From Armatimonadota bacterium (lineage in GTDB: Bacteria; Armatimonadota; SYMT01), in assembly GCA_041690135.1 (NCBI GenBank), contig JAWLHY010000004.1:445856-509855 (forward strand): DNA of 64,000 bases. Reading direction: 5' to 3'. The translations under genes and the position numbers were made by a program. The notes under the pieces were generated by a model, which saw nothing but the letters and a program-made list of their open reading frames with translations, had not been told where the DNA came from and did no database searches. This document shows positions 56,988-64,000 of the stretch, piece after piece. Each line of letters begins with the position of its first letter. Position 1 is the stretch's first letter.

Positions 56988-59003
56988 TTGAGTGCACCTT
57001 CGCCCCGCCCGATCAGGGCCGAGGACCTTTTCGAACTGAAGCTGGTTTCCGACCCACAAATCTCCCCGGACGGAAGCCGTATCGTTTACCCACTCCAGCG
57101 GACAGACCGCGAGCAGAACAAGTACTTCTCGAACCTCTGGATCGCCGATGCCGAGGGCAAGACCTCCCGGCCGTTCACGCAGGGAGACCAGTGCGATCAC
57201 AGCCCCCGGTGGACACCGGACGGTTCCGGGATCGCGTTCCTGTCCGATCGGGGTGAAAAGTCGCAGTTCTGGCTGATCCCGGCGGATGGCGGCGAGGCGT
57301 GCCGCCTGACCGATCTGGAAGAAGGATCCATCGCGGAGTTCCACTGGTCGCCGGACGGTTCGCGGATCGCTTTTCGCTACCGGCCGAAACCGGAGTGGGC
57401 CCGAAAGGCCGCGCGGGAGGAGCGGGAGAAGCAGAAGCGTTCGACGCCTCCCCTCCACGTGCGCCGGCTGAACTATCGCGAGGAGGGCGCCGGCTACTTC
57501 GGCGAGGAGCGCTGGCACCTTTTCGTTCTGGACGTAAGCACCCAGGAGATCACCCAACTCACCCACGGGGACACGGACCAGGGCAACCTGGCCTGGTCGC
57601 CCGACGGCTCCCACATCGCCTTCGTCACGAACCGCAGCGAAGACCCCGACCTCACGCCACAACTCCAGGAAATCCGGATCATCCCCGCGGCCGGCGGAGA
57701 CGAACGCAGGGTAGCGGGGCCTCCCGGCCCCAAAGGCTCTCTCACCTGGTCGCCCGACGGCAAGTGGCTCGCCTACTACGGACACACCGATACGAGAGAC
57801 GTGTGGTCCGCCACGGAGCCCCATCTCTGGGTACTGCCCGCCGAAGGCGGCGAAGGCCGGGACCTGATGGAGGAGTTGGACCGTCCGGCGGGAGACGCCA
57901 CGCTGGGCGACATCCGTTCGTTCGGCGGCGGGCGGCAGGGGCCGGTATGGGCGCCGGATAGCCGAAGCCTCTATATCCTGGTCAGCGACCGCGGCGCCTG
58001 CCATGTCAACCGGGTTGCCCTGGCGGAAAACTGCCTCGAAAACTTGACCCCCGGCTACCTGGGAGAGATCGCCTCTCTGTCGGTAGACCATGCCGTCGAG
58101 CGCAGTGCGATGGTCGTGGGCACCCCGCAAGTTCCGGGAGAAGTCTATACGCTCTCCCTGACCGCCGCCGATGCCGGTCTCCGCGCCGTCACCGCGCACA
58201 ACGCGGAACTTCTGTCTGGGATCGAGCTGGCGGGAGTGGAAGAGTTCACGGCTCCTGGGGAGGCGGGTGAGGTCCACGGGTGGCTGATGCGCCCGGTCCG
58301 GCCCGCGCCGCCGGATGGCCACCCGCTCATCCTGTACATCCACGGGGGACCCCACACCCAGTACGGCTGGGCCTTTATGCACGAATTCCAGACGCTGGCG
58401 GCGCGAGGCTATGCGGTCCTCTACACCAATCCGCGCGGCGGCCGGGGCTACGGCAACGCCCACTCCGGGGCGATCCGCCAGGACTGGGGCGGACCGGACT
58501 ACCGGGACCTGATGGCGGCGATAGAGCACGCCGTTACGCTGCCGGGCATTGACGGCCAGCGGCTGGGGGTCACGGGGGGCAGCTACGGCGGCTACATGAC
58601 GAACTGGATCATCGGCCACACCGACCGCTTCCGTGCCGCCGTCACACAGCGCAGCGTCGTCAACCTGCACAGCATGTCCGGCACCTGCGACTTCTGCTTC
58701 AACGACAGCCCCTACTTCGGCGGCAATGCCTGGAGCGAGACCGGGCCGTTCCTGGCGCAGTCGCCCCTCTCCTACGTGGCAAATGTCGATACTCCCCTGC
58801 TGATCCTGCACAGCGAGGGCGACCTGCGTTGCCCCATCGAGCAGGCGGAGCAACTCTTCGCCGCCCTCAAGTCGCTGCGGAAGGAAGTGGAGTTCGTCCG
58901 TTTTCCCCGGGAGGCGAACCACGGTCTCTCCCGCAGCGGTCCCCCGGACCTGCGCCTCGCCCGACTGGAGCTGATCGCCGGCTGGATGGACCAGCACCTC
59001 TAA
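56988..59003 (+). CDS. S9 family peptidase (acylaminoacyl/dipeptidyl peptidase) with PD40 beta-propeller
   Basis: Repeated WSPDG; IHGGP, NPRG, GGSYGG nucleophile, D and H of the triad (EGDLRC, NHG); AGGAG RBS before TTG. Confidence 0.95.
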   Translation: MSAPSPRPIRAEDLFELKLVSDPQISPDGSRIVYPLQRTDREQNKYFSNLWIADAEGKTSRPFTQGDQCDHSPRWTPDGSGIAFLSDRGEKSQFWLIPADGGEACRLTDLEEGSIAEFHWSPDGSRIAFRYRPKPEWARKAAREEREKQKRSTPPLHVRRLNYREEGAGYFGEERWHLFVLDVSTQEITQLTHGDTDQGNLAWSPDGSHIAFVTNRSEDPDLTPQLQEIRIIPAAGGDERRVAGPPGPKGSLTWSPDGKWLAYYGHTDTRDVWSATEPHLWVLPAEGGEGRDLMEELDRPAGDATLGDIRSFGGGRQGPVWAPDSRSLYILVSDRGACHVNRVALAENCLENLTPGYLGEIASLSVDHAVERSAMVVGTPQVPGEVYTLSLTAADAGLRAVTAHNAELLSGIELAGVEEFTAPGEAGEVHGWLMRPVRPAPPDGHPLILYIHGGPHTQYGWAFMHEFQTLAARGYAVLYTNPRGGRGYGNAHSGAIRQDWGGPDYRDLMAAIEHAVTLPGIDGQRLGVTGGSYGGYMTNWIIGHTDRFRAAVTQRSVVNLHSMSGTCDFCFNDSPYFGGNAWSETGPFLAQSPLSYVANVDTPLLILHSEGDLRCPIEQAEQLFAALKSLRKEVEFVRFPREANHGLSRSGPPDLRLARLELIAGWMDQHL

Positions 59004-59322
59004 CCACGACCATTGCCGGAATGAACTCACCGCAGAGGCGCAGAGCACGCTGAGGATCGCAGAGAGAGGAAGAATGGGAAGGGGGAACCTGTGGTTCCTT
59101 CATAAGCGCTCAACACTCTGGTTGAACACTGAGTTGTCTCACGTCGCCATCGGATCGAATGCACACTTCTGCGAACGGATAGTAGGGGAGATGCCGCCGC
59201 CCTCCTCTCCGGATCGTGGAGGGGCACCCGTGCGGCAAAGCGGGACCGCCCTCTCCCGGACGACCACCCGCGAGAGGGGTGTTTCAGTTGCCGGGCACCG
59301 CGCTAGAGTGGGATTCAGGTAA

Positions 59323-59442
59323 GGATCGGAGAGTGAGACGGTGCGGCGGCAGATCGATGTCTTCACGCTGGGAGAGATCTGGACAGCGGAGGGCGACGAA
59401 GCTCTAGCCAAGCTCCTCGAACCGGTGGGATCGGCGGCATGA
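59323..59442 (+). pseudogene. C-terminal scrap of a putative AAA/ABC-type ATPase
   Basis: ..VRRQIDVFTLGEIWTAEGDEALAKLLEPVGSAA*; the LGE(I/L)W tail is typical of AAA_21-type ATPases; its TGA overlaps the next ATG (ATGA); in-frame TAA at 59320. Confidence 0.45.
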
Positions 59443-59684
59443 GAGTGCTGCTCGTCTCCGAAGGCGCGCACGAACTCGGGGCATGGGACGACAGCGGTCA
59501 CCCCACCGGGCCGAGTGCGCTCCAAGCCTTCTGCCGCCGCCTCCTCGGTCAGAAGGTGGAGTTCGTGCGCAAGAGCGTCAGCCACTTCTACGCTGCCGTG
59601 GCCGAACACGCCGACCTGGAACACGTGGCGGAGCGATGCCGGCGGGGCTTCGCTCCGTTTGCACGACGGGTCCAGGCGTTATAG
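59439..59684 (+). pseudogene. Internally deleted DUF4276/RloB-like (TOPRIM-like) protein
   Basis: Starts MRVLLVSEG (TOPRIM-like EG) and ends ADLEHVAERCRRGFAPF (DL..L..RC..F..F tail) in only 81 aa. Confidence 0.45.
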
Positions 59685-59710
59685 TCCTACCATTCTGAAC
59701 CCGCCCCTTC

Positions 59711-60187
59711 CTACATCCCATACGGGCGCGGGTCGGGAACCGGAACTTCCTTTAGCAGGAGCCGGCCTTGCGCCGAAAGGTCATGTGGATCCGGCGCCGG
59801 CAACCGACCATTGACGGGCTCCAGAAGGAGGGGTTCCACCGGAGCGAGCTGGGGTGGAGGGGTCGGCAGGACCTCCGCAGTCCCCTGGGGCGGAAGAACT
59901 CGAATGTGGTACCGTCTTGTGTCGTGGGGTACGATGACCATCGAATAGAGGGCAGGGTCCTTGCGCACAATCGGCATCGATAATCGTCCCGGGATCGCCA
60001 TCCGCGGGTTCAGGATAGTCCCATCAGGTAGGGTCAGACGACCGTGTATCCGGGGCGCCGGCTGCGCCACCCCAGGGGGTTGCACGCGGCGGGACTTCCC
60101 TTCCTGAGCGACGGAGCGACCGGCCAATCCATAGGCGAGCAGCAACGAACATGCTGCAACAGTCCATGGGGTGAAATGACGCATCAT
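59711..60187 (-). CDS. Hypothetical exported Pro-rich protein
   Basis: Signal-peptide-like N-terminus ending SVA-Q. Confidence 0.55.
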   Translation of the reverse strand: MMRHFTPWTVAACSLLLAYGLAGRSVAQEGKSRRVQPPGVAQPAPRIHGRLTLPDGTILNPRMAIPGRLSMPIVRKDPALYSMVIVPHDTRRYHIRVLPPQGTAEVLPTPPPQLAPVEPLLLEPVNGRLPAPDPHDLSAQGRLLLKEVPVPDPRPYGM

Positions 60188-60317
60188 TTTGCCCTCTTGA
60201 TCCAGGTTACCCATGCTGGCGTAACCCACGCGGTGCGAGTGCATGGTTCTGCGCAGAATGACAACCGGGGTTAAGACGCAGTTTTTCCAGGCGGGGTTAC
60301 AGAGGGTGGATCACGGC

Positions 60318-61364
60318 ATGAAGGAAACGCGGGTTATCGACGGCGCATACGGCGAGGGCGGCGGGCAGATCATCCGCACCAGCCTCTCTCTGTCCGCAAT
60401 TACGGGCACGCCGGTAGAGATCGTGAACGTACGCAAAGGCCGTTCGAAACCGGGACTCCAACCGCAACACCTGATGGCCGTACGGTCGGCAGCGGAGATC
60501 TGCGCGGCGAACGTCGAGGGGGCGGAGGTGGGCTCAACACGGTTCACCTTCCATCCCGGCTGTAAGCCGGTGGCGGGCAGCTACCATTTCGATATCCGCA
60601 CGGCCGGCGCCACACCGCTGGTCGCCCAAACTCTCCTGGTTCCGCTGGCCCACGCGGACGGCGACTCGTCCGTTACGGTCATCGGCGGGACGCATGTCCC
60701 GCATGCGCCCACCTTCGAATACCTGCAGCAACTCTACGCGCCTCTGCTGCGGCGGGCCGGTCTCGACGTGGAGGTGGAGTATGAAGCCGCCGGGTTCTTC
60801 CCACGCGGCGGGGGGCGCATCCTTCTCCGCGTGCGTCCCGCGGCCTTCCTGCAGCCCGTCGATCTAACCGAGCGGGGAAAGCTGGAGAACCTGACCGCCT
60901 ACATCGTGACCTCGGGAGTGCCCGACCATGTGGCGGACCGCGGCGCGGCGACGGTCGAGAAGGCGATGAAAGCGGTGGGCCGCCCCGTGCACATGGAGAT
61001 CCGGCGGATGCCTTCACCAGGGTCTGGAGCGGCGGTAATCCTGGTCGCGAAGTGCGAGGGCGGCTATGCCGGCTTTACCGGGTTGGGGGAGCGCGGTAAG
61101 CCCATGGAAAAGGTGGCGGAGGCGCCCTGCCGCGAGTTCCTGGAATGGTGGAAGACGGGCGCCGCCTGCGACGAACACCTGGCCGACCAACTGGTCTTAC
61201 CGGCGGCGCTCGCGCACGGAGAGAGCCGCTGGACCACGCCTACGGTAACCGACCACCTGCGGACCGTGCTCTGGGTGGCGCAGCAGTTCTTGCCGGTCCA
61301 GGCCACGCTGGAAGAAGGCACTACTGGCTCGGCACTGGTCCAGCTAAGGGGAGTGTGCAAGTAA
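60318..61364 (+). CDS. rtcA: RNA 3'-terminal phosphate cyclase
   Basis: IDG..GEGGGQI.R, R.KPGL.PQH, GGTH, GFFPRGGG, catalytic DEHLADQL. Confidence 0.95.
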   Translation: MKETRVIDGAYGEGGGQIIRTSLSLSAITGTPVEIVNVRKGRSKPGLQPQHLMAVRSAAEICAANVEGAEVGSTRFTFHPGCKPVAGSYHFDIRTAGATPLVAQTLLVPLAHADGDSSVTVIGGTHVPHAPTFEYLQQLYAPLLRRAGLDVEVEYEAAGFFPRGGGRILLRVRPAAFLQPVDLTERGKLENLTAYIVTSGVPDHVADRGAATVEKAMKAVGRPVHMEIRRMPSPGSGAAVILVAKCEGGYAGFTGLGERGKPMEKVAEAPCREFLEWWKTGAACDEHLADQLVLPAALAHGESRWTTPTVTDHLRTVLWVAQQFLPVQATLEEGTTGSALVQLRGVCK

Positions 61365-61539
61365 CTGAGCAGGTACGGTACGCCACTTGGAGGCCGACAC
61401 CCCGTACGGGGTACCCGGCGCCGTCACTCCGGCAAGCCTCGCTGACCTGCATTGAGAAACAGGATCGTGGCGAAAGTTCAAGGACGGTTCAGATACTTCC
61501 CTCCACCCCTTCGTGGGCACAGGAGGCGTCAACCACTGA

Positions 61540-61998
61540 TCACGAGGTCGGAAGGCTCCGGCCCGTGAGAGTGTCATCACCCTGCCTCCGACCTTCCGCC
61601 ACCGCGAAATTCAGCAACTCCAGCAGGCGCTCCTCCCGCCCTTCCAGTAAGAGAAAGCCCAACAGGCACTCGAGCGCGGTCGCCCGCCGGTAATCGATCA
61701 TCGAGGCGCTCTTCGGGATCTGCCCGATGTTCGCATTCCGGCCCTGTCGCACGATGTTGCGCTCTTCATCCGTAAGCAGCGGCTCCAGCGCTCCGAGGAT
61801 CCTGGATTGGGTTGATGCCCGCACCAGGCTAGTCGCCGCGGGCTGGAAGTTCCTAACGAGCCCCTGGTCCTCCACGAGGTGCACCCGCACATAGAGCTCA
61901 TAGACTGCATCCCCGACATAGGCGAGAACCAACGGCGACCTCGAACCCACCCGAAGAGGAACCACCCGGGCGGGTGTCTCAAGAATCGCTGCATCCAC
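61540..61998 (-). CDS. mrnC: Mini-ribonuclease III
   Basis: LAYVGDAVYELYVR, V.A..Q, LT.EE..I..GRN, YR.ATALE.L.G.L; no dsRBD; start uncertain (61998 or 62058). Confidence 0.9.
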   Translation of the reverse strand: MDAAILETPARVVPLRVGSRSPLVLAYVGDAVYELYVRVHLVEDQGLVRNFQPAATSLVRASTQSRILGALEPLLTDEERNIVRQGRNANIGQIPKSASMIDYRRATALECLLGFLLLEGREERLLELLNFAVAEGRRQGDDTLTGRSLPTS

Positions 61999-62284
61999 AA
62001 GACCGTCTCCCGGTTCAGGGTGCCGGCCGCCCCGCACGGCCCGTAGTAACCGGCGCATGAACTCACGGACCACGTAAAAGTTCTCCCCTCGCAAGCTGCA
62101 TCACAGAACGCGGCCCTAGCCGGCAGTTGCATCCTTCTGGTTGATTGGCTTCTACAGCTCAGGCCATACTTTTGCGGGACTGCCGGCGCCCCGCACCGCG
62201 ACCCGGAAACCCGTTCAGAATACCATCTACGCGGCCCCTAGACACCGGGACATTTCCTCAACACAACCGAAAGGAATGCAGAGA

Positions 62285-63061
62285 ATGAGTCACGCCAGCC
62301 TTCAAATGTTCAGCCTGGAAGGCAAAACCGCCCTGATCACCGGCGGGAGCAAGGGCCTGGGCAAGGCCATCGCGGAAGCCTTCGCCGGGGCCGGGGCCAC
62401 CGTGTGCCTGGCCAGTCGAAATCTCGAACAGTGCCAGACCGTGGCCGCGGAGTTAGAGAACAAGACGGGAAACCGGGCCATTGCCCTCGCTGCCGATGTT
62501 ACCCAATCGGAACAGGTGGACCGCCTGGTGCAGGACACTCTCGCGGCACTGGGGCAGATCGACATCCTGGTAAACAACGCCGGTGTAAACATCCGCGGGG
62601 ATATCACCGGTTACAGTGACGCGGACTGGATGACGGTGCTCCACACGAACCTCAGCAGCGCCTTCTTCTGCTGCCGGGCCGTGGGCGCCCACATGATCGA
62701 GCGGAAACAGGGGCGGGTGATCAACCTGGCATCGATGATCGGAACGATTTCGATGCCAGGGCGAGTGGCCTACGCTTCCAGCAAGGCAGGGCTGCTGGGG
62801 CTCACACGGACGCTGGCTCTGGAGTGGGGATCGCACGGTATCACCGTCAATGCCATCTGTCCGGGACCCTTCGCGACGGAAATGAACCTCCCCATCATCA
62901 ACAATCCGGAACTCTCCGCCAGCTTCACAAGCCGAATTCCCGTAGGGAGGTGGGGGCAACTGGACGAAATCGGAGCAGCGGCGCTGTACCTCGCCTCCGA
63001 AGCCGCCGGCTTCACGACAGGCGCTACACTGTTCGTGGACGGGGGTTGGACCGCGCAGTAG
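62285..63061 (+). CDS. SDR family oxidoreductase (gluconate 5-dehydrogenase/FabG-like)
   Basis: TGGSKGLG, NNAG, YASSK, VNAICPG, DGGW. Confidence 0.92.
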   Translation: MSHASLQMFSLEGKTALITGGSKGLGKAIAEAFAGAGATVCLASRNLEQCQTVAAELENKTGNRAIALAADVTQSEQVDRLVQDTLAALGQIDILVNNAGVNIRGDITGYSDADWMTVLHTNLSSAFFCCRAVGAHMIERKQGRVINLASMIGTISMPGRVAYASSKAGLLGLTRTLALEWGSHGITVNAICPGPFATEMNLPIINNPELSASFTSRIPVGRWGQLDEIGAAALYLASEAAGFTTGATLFVDGGWTAQ

Positions 63062-63149
63062 TAGGCACAAACGCGGGGCTGCCGTGCGGCGCACGTGCTG
63101 TGCGGCGGCCCAGATCAAGAGCAGTGAGACATGAAGCGCCTGTTGCCGC

Positions 63150-63293
63150 TCACGCGGTCAAGCGCTGGTGGGCCGGAACGAGACTGCGGGGAGATTCGGG
63201 AACACGCTCGCCCGGAGCCACGAGCCGCGACCAACCTGCTACCACGGTTGCAGCGGTGAGCGCACAGAATATCCATCGCTTGGCCCGGCTCAT
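63150..63293 (-). CDS. Possible 47-aa exported peptide
   Basis: GGGGAG RBS before ATG; MSRAKRWIFCALTAATVVAG is signal-peptide-like. Confidence 0.25.
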   Translation of the reverse strand: MSRAKRWIFCALTAATVVAGWSRLVAPGERVPESPRSLVPAHQRLTA

Positions 63294-63390
63294 ACTCCCC
63301 CCAGAGGTGGACAATCCCGAATGCCCCACCCACTTATAGATGTAGCCGAGGTATTGCCGTACCGCCATCAGCCATTGGATGGAAAGTAAG

Positions 63391-63417
63391 AAAAAACCCC
63401 GGCGTCCGCCGGGGTTT
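63391..63417 (-). terminator. Rho-independent terminator of the rrn/tRNA transcript
   Basis: Minus strand reads AAACCCCGGC-GGAC-GCCGGGGTTTTTT just 3' of tRNA-Leu. Confidence 0.85.
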
Positions 63418-63425
63418 CCTCTAAA

Positions 63426-63508
63426 TGCGGCAGAGAGGAGTTGAACCTCCACACCCTTTCGGGCACTAGAACCTGAATCTAGCGCGTCTGCCATTCCGCC
63501 ACTGCCGC
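63426..63508 (-). tRNA. tRNA-Leu (anticodon CAG), CCA not encoded
   Basis: GCGGCAG acceptor stem, D-arm TGGCGGAATGGCAGACGCG, anticodon arm CTAGA-TTCAGGT-TCTAG, long variable arm, GGTTCAA T-loop. Confidence 0.96.
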
Positions 63509-63565
63509 ATGCGATATTTAGTTGTAAAGGAGAGCCGGTCTTCGCGACCGGCCCATCCAAAAGTA

Positions 63566-63683
63566 TTCTGGCGACGACCTACTCTTCCACCTCTGAGAAG
63601 AGGCAGTACCCTCGGCGCAGCGGGCCTTAACTGCCGTGTTCGGGATGGGAACGGGTGTTACCCCCGCGCTATTGCCACCAGAA
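63566..63683 (-). rRNA. rrf: 5S rRNA
   Basis: CTGGTGGC...CCCGTTCCCATCCCGAACACGG.AGTTAAG...AGTAGGTCGTCGCCAG; terminal helix complementary. Confidence 0.96.
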
Positions 63684-63913
63684 ACGTGCTGCGTATTGCG
63701 TAAACGGAACCGGCGACCGCCTCGGAGCCACTCCGAGAGCCGAGCTCCCACACGGGGCGGTCGGGCGATACTCTCGCCGGCCCCTGGCGCGTGGGGGTTC
63801 CCATACGCATTACGGAATACGCAATACTTATCAAACCTTCAAGACTGTAGAGCGGGAAAGGGGTAGAAGGATCTCTTCACGTCACCGGCGTTGCGGCTGC
63901 GTGTAAATGAGGG

Positions 63914-64000
63914 ATGATCAAGCCCTCGGCCGATTAGTACGGGTGCCCTCAAGCCATTGCTGACCTTACAGGTCCCGCCTATCTACGTGGTTCTCTACCA
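63914..64000 (-). rRNA. rrl: 23S rRNA, 3' end (partial)
   Basis: + strand GATCAAGCCCTCGGCCGATTAGTACGGG...CCTATC.ACGT is the reverse complement of the conserved 23S 3' terminus; exact end approximate. Confidence 0.92.

Noticed and set aside
63426-63508. tRNA as attachment site of an integrated element
   Set aside because: No integrase, and no duplicated tRNA 3' end seen in the window.

Overview
GC-rich bacterial chromosomal window. It is probably a diderm Terrabacteria lineage such as Armatimonadota; this is inferred from SepF, Mini-III and YabN-type MazG occurring with a Wza-like exporter and DUF1573/DUF1592 proteins. From left to right it contains: (1) small housekeeping and stress genes (SDR tail, SRPBCC, NAD-dependent epimerase, DUF1360, GH13 amylase); (2) an uncharacterised, translationally coupled radical-SAM + conserved-hypothetical pair; (3) a ~2 kb lower-GC decayed island with orphan membrane ORFs, an IS5-like scrap and an RHS/YD pseudogene fragment, bracketed by inverted simple-repeat tracts; (4) a DUF1592-family cytochrome-c-like / DUF1552 pair; (5) a ~30 kb minus-strand exopolysaccharide/capsule cluster (15.5-45.3 kb) headed by its own sigma factor, with Wza/Wzc, a Wzy/ligase-family protein and an ABC exporter but no recognisable priming transferase or Wzx; (6) a response regulator with a convergent sensor-less kinase, gdhA, yggS-sepF-proC-mazG, hppD, DUF1573, an S9 peptidase, a collapsed ATPase/DUF4276-like relic, rtcA, Mini-III and an SDR; (7) the distal end of an rRNA operon (23S 3' end, 5S, tRNA-Leu CAG). 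Nearly every intergenic gap holds one of several families of 6-9 bp degenerate tandem repeats or REP-like palindromes. These recur across the window, sometimes form inverted brackets and sometimes supply gene 3' ends. No CRISPR array, prophage or intact mobile element was seen. All family calls are from visual motif recognition, not database searches.
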